Source of the DNA: Anthoceros angustus
Lineage: Eukaryota > Plantae > Anthocerotophyta
Length of the DNA stretch: 64,000 nucleotides
Direction of reading: 5' to 3'
Assembly: GCA_010909165.1 (NCBI GenBank)
Contig: MU008164.1
Location: forward strand, 1,798,001-1,862,000
Part shown: positions 1 through 12,418 of the stretch, piece by piece
Layout of the letters: every line of letters begins with the position of its first letter
Position numbering within the stretch: the first letter of the stretch is position 1
The notes under the pieces: generated by a model
The model's input: the letters and a program-made list of their open reading frames with translations, nothing else
Databases searched by the model: none
Told to the model about the DNA's origin: nothing
Program-made: the position numbers and the translations under genes

Positions 1-2960
1 CAGAGGGACCATCCACTTCCCTCGGTATCAATGTTGAAATGAGGGATGAAGGTCTTCCACTAGTCGCAGGATTCACAACCGCCAAGATAAACATAATCGA
101 AACTCCAAAAGAAGTGAAAACAAACAAAGCGGACAAGAATCAACCTTGTCAACATATGGAATTTCACTAGAACACCCAGTTGTTGGTCTTGTTATCCATC
201 CGAATGCCTTGGCCACGCTTTCGGAGGTATGTTTGCAACCAAAACATACGATCTCCCACCCGTAACAAGAGACCGGTATGATTAAAACAGATCCAACATG
301 GCGCAGCAAGGAACTACCAACAGAACTTGGGACACGGTGGAACAAATGGTGCGGAAAACTCGATTCGGTCTTGACATTGTTCAAAGGTGCCTTTCATGAT
401 GAACAACGGGAGTTACGAGACCTAACACACAAAAACAAGTCAAGACACATTAGTCAAAAAAAAGTCCCTACAAACTTGCAACAAATCTCAAACACTTACA
501 TTGTTAACTGTTGCACTCGCAAGTGCGATCTTGGTGACTAGAAAATACAATTTCGAGTCACATTGAGGGCAGTTGACGGAAGAACACCCTTAAATCATCC
601 GATTGATTCTTCGTTCAAAAGCTCGATAGGATCGCCGTTCACCGAACAAGGACTCTTCTGCGGTACTGTTTTGCTTGACGCCGGTCATCTCGCAAACCAT
701 ATAAAACATCGTGAAGGAACATACAAAGGACTCAAATGTCACAAGCTTTCAAAACATATTACCTTGAGAATCCAGCATCTTTTATGGCGGTCCACTTCTC
801 CCGGCCGAAGGCACGAGCCATCGTCAAACGTGTAATCATTGTTACACGGCAGCTCTTATTGGTGTAATAGCCAACAAGCCCGGTTGCTTGACCATGGTCT
901 TCATGAACCTTGACAACATTCCTTTTGAAACACGGAGTTTTGCATACCAAGCCTAGCCAAAAACAAGCAGTTAGTAAATACAAACCACAAAACTTAAGCC
1001 CAATAACAACAAAACTTAAGCCCAATAACAACAAAACTTACATTTGATCTTGGGTTATCAATTGTTGAATTGAACAAAACCACGAATTGACATGATTTTT
1101 GTCGATGAGACCACTTGGGAGAGTGTTCAATGACTCTAAAAGTTTCGATAACATCCCGCGTAAATCTTGACCTTTTGGAAATGCTCACTGGTAATTCTTC
1201 ATGTCCACTTTATAATTTTTAGCCGTTCTTGATACGCAAATAAAAGCGAGCTTAATACGATTACATCAAAACAAACAAAACATACCGACGTCAAAGATAC
1301 AATGAACAAAACAACCAAAACATCTTGAACAAAAGGTCCTCCGAATCTGCGAGAAGTCCCGAGCGGGTTATGTAACTCTTCACCACCTCGAACTCCAAAC
1401 TGGTCATGCAAAATATGCACACCGCAAACAATAGAGACCTCCGTGTTTAAAACCATAAATGAACAATCAAAGTGCACCCCTAAACCAACAATATTACCTT
1501 TTTGAGCCCCCGCCCAAATGAGCATTGATGATCTCGTGTGAAAGAATCAGTCGCTCATCGCCAAATCAACTTCACCTCTTTTCGACATGACACAATTCCA
1601 AGATCCTTGCGATTTTCATGGACGCAACCACAGGACCCATGGAAAATTCCATGGAACATGTTGATCAGGAACATCGAGAACCAAGCCGGCTTTGGTTCAA
1701 GATGCACTTCCTTGTTAAAATTCGGTTAAAACCACGAAGAAAGACATCAACGCAAGAGAGAAAAATCAGTCATGTGAATGAAAGTCGAACTATCAAAATC
1801 AACAAGTCAAAAACATCACTACGTTTACGGAGAAAATCTCCTGTTGTCCTTGATTCGAACTTGATGGAAAAAGGGTATCGAATAAGATTTAGATCCTTGT
1901 AAGGAATATCCTCACAGAGTATCCCATCCCCGACCCCACTCACTTTCATAAAGGCCACAGACGACTTGACACGATTATTACTTTGGACCTATCCTCCCCA
2001 CCACTCAACGCATCATTCACTCCCTCGGGACTATTGGGTCAAATCCACTCTCTAAAATTGCTTCATCATCAATTTCCTCCATACCCATGGCAAAGTCATC
2101 TTGGGATCATCACACTTTAGCCTCTCAAACATATCAAGCACTTCTTGATCGGGATGACTCGGTCGGGAACCACAAGGCATGGAAGCGCCCCACAGAAAGC
2201 ATTCTTCACGGCAGCACACAAATCTCTAGACTCAGACGGTTTTGGCGGCACTCACAACCATGGGGATCGTCGTTATCAAGAAATCATTCTCCCCACAAAC
2301 TGGACCCCTCTCTCGACCGGACATAGTTAGTAATCTCGCAAGAGGACCTTCAACCAAAGCCACGGTCGTGTGTCCACCCTTCTCCTCTTGAACAAACTCA
2401 CCGCGTCGAGCGTCCTTCTTGGATGAAAATCGCCTTGGCGGTTTGGGCAAGTCTTTTTGGGAACTAAGTGTTCCTTCACACCAAGACACCATCAACTTTA
2501 CCATCATCCTGCGGCGGATGAGTTGCGATATCTGAACATGGTTGACCTCTAGTATATGGCTTCGCCATAACTTAGATCCTTGTTTTCTTCCGGCCCAGCG
2601 TGGGTTTTCTTTTAGGAGCCATCTGCGCAAGCGAGTGGTGGTCAAGGAACTTGACAACACAAACATCCTGCAGAGTTGACAAAAGACAAAATAAAAAAGC
2701 ACTTACATGGTGTTGAACTTCCAGATAGGAACCTGTGAAGGGTCTAACAATTGATTATAAAACAATCGAGGCGAGGATAGGGATGGGGGATGTGGACGAC
2801 ACATTCATTGAATATACACATTGTTAAATATTGAAATCCCTCCACTTTTGGTTAGTGAGAAGATAACTCCTTTTCAAACAACACCCACATACTTCCTGTA
2901 GAAGACTTTGTCGGCAAGTTAGATTTAAGAGGAAAAACAAACAAAAATAAGGTTATCCGC
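1..2960 (-). pseudogene. Noisy, partial second copy of the multi-exon gene at 3950-7650; unknown protein, probably transposon-encoded
   Basis: 1270-2960 is a direct repeat of 4060-5790 with many 1-bp indels. Further exon-like stretches continue leftwards (e.g. ORFs 759-1034 and 994-1188) separated by T-rich intron-like sequence on the minus strand. Confidence 0.5.
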
Positions 2961-3039
2961 GGTACACAAGCAGTTAGTAAATACAAACCACAAAACTTAC
3001 ATTTGATCTTGGGTTATCAATTGTTGAATTGAACAAAAC

Positions 3040-3690
3040 AACCAAAACATCGGAAGGAACATACAAAGGACTCAAATGTCACAAGCTTTCAAAACATCTT
3101 GAACAAAACAACCAAAACCACGAAAGAAAGACATCAAAACATCGGAAGGAACATACAAAGGACTCAAATGTCACAAGCTTTCAAAACATCGGAAGGAACA
3201 TACAAAGGACTCAAATGTCACAAGCTTTCAAAACATCGGAAGGAACATACAAAGGACTCAAATGTCACAAGCTTTCAAAACATCTTGAACAAAAACATAC
3301 GATCGTCAAAGATACAATGAACAAAACAACCAAAACATCTTGAACAAAACAACCAAAACATCGGAAGGAACATACAAAGGACTCAAATGTCACAAGCTTT
3401 CAAAACAAACAAAACAACCAAAAACAACCAAAACATCGGAAGGAACATACAAAGGACTCAAATGTCACAAGCTTTCAAAACATCTTGAACAAAACAACCA
3501 AAACATCGGAAGGAACATACAAAGGACTCAAATGTCACAAGCTTTCAAAACATATTACCTTTATCTAAGCCTAGCCAAAAACAAGTCAAAACATCGGAAG
3601 GAACATACAAAGGACTCAAATGTCACAAGCTTTCAAAACATCGGAAGGAACATACAAAGGACTCAAATGTCACAAGCTTTCAAAACAAAC
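3040..3690. repeat. Interrupted array of about 9 copies of a 47-bp unit AAAACATCGGAAGGAACATACAAAGGACTCAAATGTCACAAGCTTTC
   Basis: Unit read directly. A single source-like copy lies at about 704-755. Copies are interleaved with fragments from about 965-1080, 1280-1330 and 6580-6610. Confidence 0.9.
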
Positions 3691-3949
3691 AAAACAACCA
3701 AAAACAAACAAAGCGAAGGCGTAGACGAATCAAAACATCTATGCATGCGGTCATTTAAAAAAGAACAAGGCATAAACGAAACACGTATCACGGCGTCGGC
3801 CAAAAACAAAGACCAGGCGAGGCCAAAACATCGTACGGGGCGATGAGACCAAAACCACGAAAGAAAGATACAATGAACAAAACAACCAAAACATCTTGAA
3901 CAAAACAACCAAAAACAACCAAAACATCTTGAACAAAAGGCCTTCACCC

Positions 3950-6900
3950 TAAAGCGAACACCGCGCCTTGATTGCCAAAAACACCTTGGCCTTGGACGCA
4001 TCAAAAACGGGCGTTAGATGCAGAGACATTGACCTTGGACGAAACCCCGCCGAACCAAAAACAAACAAAAACATACCGATCGTCAAAGATACAATGAACA
4101 AAACAACCAAAACATCTTGAACAAAAGGTCCTCCGAATCTGCGAGAAGTCCTCGATGAGTGTGTTATGTAACTCTTCACCACCTCGAACTCCAAACCTCA
4201 TGCAAAATATGCACACACGCAAACAATAGAGACAGACCTCCGTGTTTAAAACCATAAATGAACAATCAAAGTGCACCCCTAAACCAACAATATTACCTTT
4301 TTGAGCCCCGCCCAAATGAGCATTGATGATCTCTGTGAAAGAAAGGTCATCATCCTCATCATCGTAAATCAAAATCACCACCTTTTCGACATGACACAAT
4401 TCCAAGATCCTTGCGATTTTCATGGAAACCAAGCTCGGGACCCATGGAAAATTCCATGGAACATGTTGATCAGAACATCGTAACTTTGGTTCAAGATGCA
4501 CTTCCTTGTTAAAATTCGGTTAAAACCACGAAAGAAAGACATCAACGCAAGAGAGAAAACAAAATCACCATGTGAATGAAAGTCAGAACTATCAAAATCA
4601 ACAAGTCAAAAACCATCACTACTTACGTTTCTGGAGAAAATCTCCTGTTGTCCTTCAGGATTCGAACTTGATGGAAAAAGGGTATCAGAATAAGATTTAG
4701 ATCCTTGTAAGGAATATCCTCAACAGGAGTATCCCATCCCCGACCCCACTCACTTTCATAAAGGCCAAGGCGACTTGACACGTTATTACGCGTTTGGACC
4801 TATCCTCCCCACCACTCAACGCATCATTCAGCCCTCCACTATTGGGTCAAATCGCCTCTAAAATTGCTTCATCATCAATTTCCTCCATACCCATGGCAAA
4901 GTCATCTTGGGATCATCACACTTTAGCCTCTCAAACATATCAAGCACTTCTTGATCGGGATGACTCGGTCGGGAACCACAACAGTATGGAAAAGCCCACT
5001 GTAAAGCATTCTGCTCAACGGCAAAAATCTCTAGACTCCAGACGTTTTGGCGGCACTCACAACCATGGGATCGTCGGTTATCAAGAAATCATTCTCCCCA
5101 CAAAACTGGACCCCTCTCTCGGACATCGACATAGTTAGTAATCTCGCAAGAGGACCTTCAACCAAAGCCAGTGTCGAGTGTCCACCCTTCTCCTCTTGAA
5201 CAAACTCACCGCGTCGAGCGTCCTTCTTGGATGAAAATCGCCTTGGCGGTTTGGGCAAGTCTTTTTTGGGAACTAAGTACGTTCCTTCGCTGTACACCAA
5301 GACACCATCAACTTTACCATCATCCTGCAGCGGATGAGTTGCAGGATGCAAAACCGTGGATTTGACACGCTGTCTAGTATATGGCTTGGCCATAACTTCA
5401 GCCAGGGATCCTTGTTTTCTTCCGCCCAGAGTGGGTTTTCTTTTAGGAGCCATCCGCAAAGCGAGAATGAGTGGTCAAGGAACTTGACAACACAACATCC
5501 CGCAGAAGTTGACAAAAGACAAAATAAAAAAGCACTTACATGGTGTTCGAACTTCCAGATAGGAACTGTCAAGGGTCTAACAATTGATTATAAAACAATC
5601 GAGGACGAGGATAGGGATGGGGGATGTGGCACGACATTCATTGAATATACACATTGTTAAATATTGAAATCCCTCCACTTTTGGTTAGTGAGACAGATAA
5701 CTCCTTTTCAAACAACACCCACATACTTCTAATAGAAGACTTTGTCAAGTTAGATTTAAGAGGAAAAAACAAACAAAATAAGGTTATCCGCAGACACAAA
5801 CAACAAGAATGATAACGCAAACTAAGATTCAATCATGACAAATTCAGAAATGGTTATCCCGATTCACGATGCACTTAATCGAATGTTGTGTCAACCCTTC
5901 ACACGATGAACAATAAAGCCTACACACAGTAAAGAATTAGATTATTCACAGAACTCACACGTTAAAAGACAACGAGGTAATTATCAATGAGGAGAAATCA
6001 TCAAGTTTAAAATCCATACATACCATGCGAGTTACACCGAACAAAACGCCTTATCGTCAGGCGGTATACGCATCAAAGCAAGAACCTTAGAATAAGAATG
6101 AGAACGATTGAAGCGACAATGCACGAAAACAATAACCAAAACCACACAACAACAAAGCGGTTTGTCAATAACGCACGGTTGGGTGCCGAACTCGAGTCCA
6201 ACTTTGCGGAAAACTTGATCGCATCGAGCAATAGTAAGAAGACAACAAGACTACACGCCGATTGCATCAAAGTCGGGTGAAACTAGACACAAATGAATGC
6301 TGTCACACACGCAAAGTCAAGCCAACTAAGAGTTAAATTTTCGAGAACTGAGATCAAAAAGCAAGATGGTAAGAAGACAATGAAACAAAGAAGACGCTTG
6401 CAGTAAAATCGTTACACCATGCAACGACCTTACAAACTAAGAAGCCGCAACCACAAAACCTCGAAAGCTTTAAGTCGAAAGAGTTTCTACCGGTCGCTTA
6501 TAAAACCAACGACTCACAAAAGAAATCACCGAATAATGCGGCACTAACACACAAGAGCACAATATCCACACGACACATGACCTTTATCTAAGCCTAGGCA
6601 AAAAGTTCAAAGCTATGAAATAGTTCGTTTCAAAACGGCGGAACCAAGCGTCCAAAAACAGAACACTCGACAACGCAGAGTAACAAAACGAAGGCGTAGA
6701 GACAATCGAAAACATCTATGCAGTCATTCCCTAAAAACAAGCATAAGCGAAACACGTGTGACGGCGACATACGAAAACAAGCGAAAACAAAGACCAAAAC
6801 CGAGAGCCAAAACATACGGAGTGGACAATCGAGAGACCAAAACCGCACAAAACAGAAGCCAAAACAACAATGGAAAGAACAAGAAACGAACAACAGAAAC

Positions 6901-7650
6901 AACATAAAACGCAAAAGAAACCAGAATTGAGCAAAGGGCCTTCACCCTAAAGCGAACACACTGGCCTTCGGTGCCAAAAAACACCTTGGCCTTCGGACGC
7001 AGCAAAAACCTGGACGTTAGGTACAGAGACACCTAGATCTTCGGACATGGGAAACCCCTGCCTTTTGAAGAACCAAAACAAAGCAGCAAAACGACCTTGG
7101 CCTTCGAAAAGAACTTTCGACAGACCTTGGCCTTCGAACAAACAATGAAAAGGCAAGTGCCTTGAGCCCCGAAAGAACCTTGAACAAAGGCGTCACAGGC
7201 GAGCCTAAACTTGAACAAACACTTAGCCGGAGAGCGAAACACCTAGGCCTTAAGGACAGCACAGGCCTTAGCCTTGGAAGCAGGCGTAAAGAACAATGGC
7301 CTGAAACTAGAACTCAACACGTAAGCCTTTGGAGACCACAGAGCCCTTAAAGCGGCGTACAGAAGCAAGTATGCGACACAGAGCGACACCACAGGCGGTC
7401 TACACTATGAGTCGCCAAAGCGGTACCTCAAAAACCTTGGACTTGGCGTAAGAAAAATGAAAAGCCTTGGCCTGAAATACAACTTCAAAGAACACACAAT
7501 TTGGCCTACATTGGCGCTAAGCACGAAAACACAAGCGCAGCTCGCCACCCATCCATCCGCGGCGAAGACACTAACACACAGACTCACTTGGCCTTCGCGC
7601 AGACTCGCTCGCCACCACCCTACACACTTCATAAGCTCGACTCCAACCGC
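3950..7650 (-). CDS. Multi-exon gene of unknown function with a long spliced 5' leader; main coding exon begins MAPKRKPTLGGRKQGSL at about 5456
   Basis: ORF 5031-5459 continues through frameshifts into DQEVLDMFERLK..DDFAMGMEEIDDEAIL..FMKVSGVGDGIL. GT-AG boundaries are visible and a TATA box lies upstream at 7681-7687. No family recognised. Confidence 0.5.
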
Positions 7651-7680
7651 GCACGAAAAAGACTTCGCCAAGCGGGCGCC

Positions 7681-7687
7681 TTATATA
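7681..7687 (-). promoter_or_regulatory. TATA box (TATATAA on minus strand) of the leftward gene
   Basis: Plus strand TTATATA in a GC-rich context, followed on the minus strand by a first exon ending GAAGGCCAA|GTGAGT at about 7590. Confidence 0.55.
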
Positions 7688-8899
7688 GGCCACCAAACCC
7701 TACCGTTCTCGCCGGCGCCGCCACTCTCTCTCTACGGACCTAATTTGAATCGAACCTAAGCTTAGCGGACAAACCAACGCGGTTCGCCATTCGACGCCGC
7801 GCAAACCTCAACCAAACCTAATCGGTCTAGTCCAAACCTAGCCATGCGGTCAAACCTAAAATCCGGCTCTAAGCGGCGGGCGTAAAGCGAAGCTGCAGGC
7901 GGTCAAAGCGCCGCGCGACCCTCGAACCTTGGAACCCTAAAACGGACTACACCAGCTCTCCCTTTCGACACGCCCTATCGCCCACCGCCCGTTTTCTCGC
8001 GTCGATCAGCGGGTCTCGGCAGCTCTCTAGCGGGTCTCGGCATCAGGCGTGAAGGCTTTGTCAGCGTGAAGGCTTTTGAGCGTAGGATTTGAGCGTGATG
8101 GTCTCCTGCTCCCGCTAACGCCCTAAGCGGCTTCACGGTGATCCACCTCGGTGACAACGGGACAACGCAGAGGTGCTTCGTGACGGAAGAAAGGTCCATG
8201 GTTTTGTTTTGCTCTCCTTACTTTGAACATCACGCCTTTTCCATTGATTTTCCTTCGACCTTGCCGACCTCTTCTTCTACACGGGCGCCATCACACACCC
8301 GCACTCTCGGGTTGGTGTCTGGTTCTCTCCTCGCCCACCGCCCCACGCCAAGCTTGTGTTTCGTTCCACGCCCCGCCCAGCGCCACGCGGTCGTTCTACC
8401 ACGCCCGCGCTTGGCGCTTCTTCTTGCTAGTCCGCCCAACTCGCCGCGGTTCTTTTCTTGCGCCTCGGTTGCGGTTGTTGTCTTTTGTAGTGGTGCGTGT
8501 TTCTCTTCTCGGCTTCCTCGCCCTTGACCCTTGACGGCTTTTGAAGTACATGCATCAGCGCGTGCCTACGATTTTCGAGCACGTTTGCGGGCGTTTACGC
8601 CACGCAAGAAAGGTCGACGCGATAAGTTTGCGGTAGCTCGAGTCTTGTATGCGATTTCTCCTTTGTCCCATCGATCGTCGGTGAACCTTGCATCGTTTGT
8701 GATCTATGCATGTTTCGCTGTATCGTTCTTTAGTCCCGCCGTCTCATTCGATCGGTTCTTTAGGTATCGATTCTGCAGTTCAAGCGGTTGGTGCTCAACG
8801 TTTAACATTACGATGCAGAACAAACAATTGGCTCGCGTGAAGCACTCGGGCGTTGATCGTGAGCGTAAGTTACGCCCTTGCTCAACCCGTTCTTTGGCG

Positions 8900-10670
8900 C
8901 GATTTTCATGTTTAGTTTGATTTTGGAGTCCCCTACGGTATTCTAATGGCCTTTTGGCGGAATCGGGATGGAATCGAGAACGGCAGCAATAACGATTTTC
9001 AAATCCAAGAAGGTACTTGATTGCTCACATATTTTCGTATTTTGATTCATTCTATGATTCCTTACTTTTCTTTTCCTAATACTTGTTGCACAACCCCTGC
9101 AGACGGTAACTACGGATGCCACCACAGCAACTCGACAAATTACTACCCACCCATGGGGATCCGAGGATATGCGCATGCGAGTTTGAACCACCACTGGAGA
9201 TAAGGAAAATCGTAGAAAAAGGTATTCGGGAAAAATGATTGCGATTAGTCATGTATATTCTCGTTGGTCGAGTCTAACAAAACCCGTGGGTTGCGATCCT
9301 CTATGCACACAATGTTCTCTGTCATGGACAAACAAGACCTCAAGCATCTTTGCGAGATGCACTTGATTGAATAAGATAAAGAAGGTAAGCACTTTTCTTT
9401 AATTCATCTAATTATGCTCAATTTTAAAATCTTAACACTTAATCTATCTGCGGATATATCAAAAGAACCTTGAACAACGACCCAATTGGAAACGTACACA
9501 CTTGTGGAAAGGTTTAATGGACACGATTTCAATGCAAACAATGTTGGAGGATATCAAAGTTCAATCCGAGCAATCGAGGTAATCTAAAATCTAATACATT
9601 CATACCTTCTGCTTCATGCTTCTTTCTCATAACATGGGGATTACGAATCTTTGGAAAACAATTTGTTGCATAAAAACATAAAGGACAAAGTCGATAAGAT
9701 TGACAACAACATTGACAACGCAGCCATCTCAATCAATTATACAAAAGTATTAGGTATATAATGTGCATTAATATGATTTGGTTTAAGAAATTAATGATTT
9801 TGGTTTTGATCGGGCAAAAAGAAAAATTGATGACTTGAGGAGGATGGACCAACTTACGGGCCGTCACTTGAGTTCACCGAGTTTGGAAAGTGGATGAGCA
9901 ATTTTCAATATCCACCACTTTTTCAAGACTTTAAAGATAAGTATTCTGCACTTTGGGAGCATAGTCTAAAAGAGCAGGTACAGCCCATCTTGAATGAAGA
10001 TGGGTCCAACCCAACATTCGAGCAGTACAGACAAATCCAAGCAAGTAAGCTGCGATAACTTCTCTTTTTCACTATTATTTTCATTACATATAATTCAATG
10101 TATTGTAATTTTATGCATTGAATGCGAGATAGGGGCAATTGAAAATAAGGAGTTGAAAGCGCAGACTTGTTGTCTCTCATGGAAGAACCGAGACAACTAA
10201 AACATTCAAAAGGTACATCGTTTGAAAGGTAATATCTTGCATTCCAAAAAAATTCTAATGTTTATGTTTCTTGAACATACGATCACATTTCAGCAGGGGA
10301 ATCTTCACAGACGTGTTTAACGCTTGTCGAAAAGGTATATGCAAAGAAAGATCTTCTCCGAATTGAAATGGAGGTAAATGACTAATTACTTTTACTTTTT
10401 GTTTGTAGTTATCGGAGAATCAAAGCGAGTTGTTTTCACTCTTTGAGGTGAGTACTAAAGTTAAAAATAGATAAGTTTTATATATGAATTCGACAATGGT
10501 TTAAATTGCGAAATATTCTCGCTTGGATGAAATATTCTCGCTTGGATGAAATATTGAAATGATAATACATTTATCTGACCATACAATCAGCAGCTCAAAA
10601 AGTACTATTACGAAGAGACGGACAACCGTAACCATATTACACTCCATCTACTCCAATAGAATATGTGTGA
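8900..10670 (+). CDS. Multi-exon gene of unknown function, transcribed divergently from the leftward gene
   Basis: Repeated AG|GT donors (GAAG|GTACTT, GAAG|GTAAGC, GAG|GTAATC, GCAA|GTAAGC, GAG|GTAAAT, GAG|GTGAGT) with AT-rich introns. One exon reads EEDGPTYGPSLEFTEFGKWMSNFQYPPLFQDFKDKYSALWEHSLKEQVQPILNEDGSNPTFEQYRQIQA. A pyrimidine-rich 5' leader lies at 8150-8530. Confidence 0.55.
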
Positions 10671-10839
10671 TTTAACCAAAACTTTGATTAGAGCCTAATT
10701 ACTAAATGATTTATGATAATCCTTTTATTGTGTAAAAGGATTGAAAAACGAAAATGATAAAGAGTGTGAAGGCGAATGGCAGAGAGAGAGAAATGACATA
10801 TAAGCCGGGTGGTATAGGCACCGGTCTAAACAAGTTCAC

Positions 10840-10981
10840 AGACCTCGGCCCCGCCTTCAATGAGCTGCGCCCCGCCCACCGCCGCTCCTGCGCCGGAGAG
10901 CGGGGCTTAGGGGCGCCCAGCATTCCCGCCTCGCCCTCGGCCTCACCGCCTCGCCGTGGCGCCCGCGTCCGTTCCTAATAC
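10840..10981. mobile_element. GC-rich hairpin-forming terminus, candidate right end of the element spanning <1-10980
   Basis: GCCCCGC...GCGGGGC inverted repeat and repeated CGCCTCGCC-like motifs ending ...CCGTTCCTAATA. Homology to the reverse complement of 38160-38480 starts abruptly at ACATTGAGACAC. Confidence 0.4.
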
Positions 10982-11300
10982 ATTGAGACACAAAAGAAGT
11001 GCTCACCACTTTCCTTCAATTTTGCATCTGCAGAGGGCTTTGATTTTCCTTTTCCGTTGCGAGAGGAAGATGGCACTCGTTATCTTGCCAAGTGCATAGA
11101 CTCTTGTACCAAACATGTGCAGAATCTGTTCTCGTAGGTCACCAAAACTGGTTTTTATTACTGCTCTGCTGGAAGCCCAGTGCAAGGTGATGGAGGAAGA
11201 GTGAGCCAGCCTATGTGTGCGTTATCGGCCTCCATGGATAGGGCTATGATAATATGGACACCCGGCGCGTATATGGGATATATATGGTTTCAATGACGCT
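10981..11300. repeat. Inverted copy of 38160-38480 (sequence downstream of the F-box genes)
   Basis: Direct reverse-complement match, e.g. CATTGAGACACAAAAGAAGTGCTCACCACTTTCC versus GGAAAGTGGTGAGCACTTCTTTTGTGTCTCAATG. Confidence 0.85.
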
Positions 11301-11489
11301 AATGTCGGGAAGTCCTCATGTTGGTAGAGGACAGCCTTTTTCTGATCAAACCGCTTCCTAAGGAGAAAAATTATTGAGGAAAAGCAATCAATCACATAGA
11401 CGGCTCACGTCCAAGTAGCCATAGCCGCAGCCTCGAGCTGGCGCACAGTACCGGCATCGGAACCGAAAGTCTGCCGACATGGGGGCAAA

Positions 11490-11680
11490 CAGGAGCGAAG
11501 CTGGGCGGCCTGCTGCACGTCCGGGTTCTGGCTGATGAGCGCGGCGAAGACCAGGGCCGGAACGGTTCCCCTGTTGTTCTGGAAGTGCAGGAGGTCCCAG
11601 GAAACACGAACAGGTCGCCTGCAATCAGCGTCTCCCGAAACAAGGTTTCAGCTTGACTTGTGCTCTTCACTCGTTGTCGA
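11490..11680 (-). pseudogene. Germin-like protein (cupin) C-terminal fragment
   Basis: With one frameshift it reads LFRETLIAGDLFVFP/DLLHFQNNRGTVPALVFAALISQNPDVQQAA, matching the germin box-3 consensus GDVFVFPxGLxHFQxNxG..PAxAFAAxxSQNPG. Confidence 0.75.
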
Positions 11681-11759
11681 CATGAGCAGAGTCGTGAACT
11701 CCATCGCGAGGCTCAAGATTTACGTTTAGCTCCAGCCCCCAGGTATGTATGTACATAGA

Positions 11760-11990
11760 ATGTGCAGAGATGAGTAATGCCAAGATTCATGTCCACCAGG
11801 TAAGTGCCCACAAGCATGTTTTTGTGGGTCCTTGTGTTTGGCACAATCACTTGCACACGCCACCAGCAGGCAAGAAAAGCTAACGTTGCAAACCTGCTTT
11901 ATTAGTCCATGCAGTGCCGCTTGGCAAGCAAGCATCCCACATTTTGCATCCATTACCACCAGGCAAAATATTGCCAATCCCTACGAGTAG
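11760..11990 (-). pseudogene. Degenerate PPR motif fragment
   Basis: Translation contains remnants such as CLVVMDAKCGM and VSFSCLLVACAS, resembling the DMYAKCG and TFACLLKACA motifs. Confidence 0.5.
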
Positions 11991-12418
11991 CTGTATTATC
12001 CACGAGGTATGTCTCGTTGGAGGATCAGGGGCCAGCTGATGCCCCACCCTTAAGTCAGGAGGCATTGAAGCAACACGAGAGTTCGGCCACACCTTCGAGT
12101 TATCCGGGCTTCCGTCCGGCAGTTGAGTGCACACATATTAACAATGTCTAAAACGGATCTCTGCCGGGTGCAGTATGTTGTCAAGGGTGAGAGGAGGGGC
12201 CGCTATCTTCCACCACAATTGTCTGATGGGAGCAGGCGTACCTAGTCTCATCGTAAAGCCCCGTGTGGAAGACCATGGTTATCTTCCAAGAATTTAAGAA
12301 ATAAAATAAAAACTAACCAAGAGAATAGGAAAACGGTCTACATGTTTTGGGCAGAACACAGGGTGGTCATTCGGACTCCGCGACCCAGCCAGATCGGACT
12401 GGCTAATTCTTCATTTTC

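Noticed and set aside
3040-3690. CRISPR-like repeat-spacer array
   Set aside because: Eukaryotic context, no cas genes, units often directly adjacent, and the 'spacers' are copies of nearby sequence.
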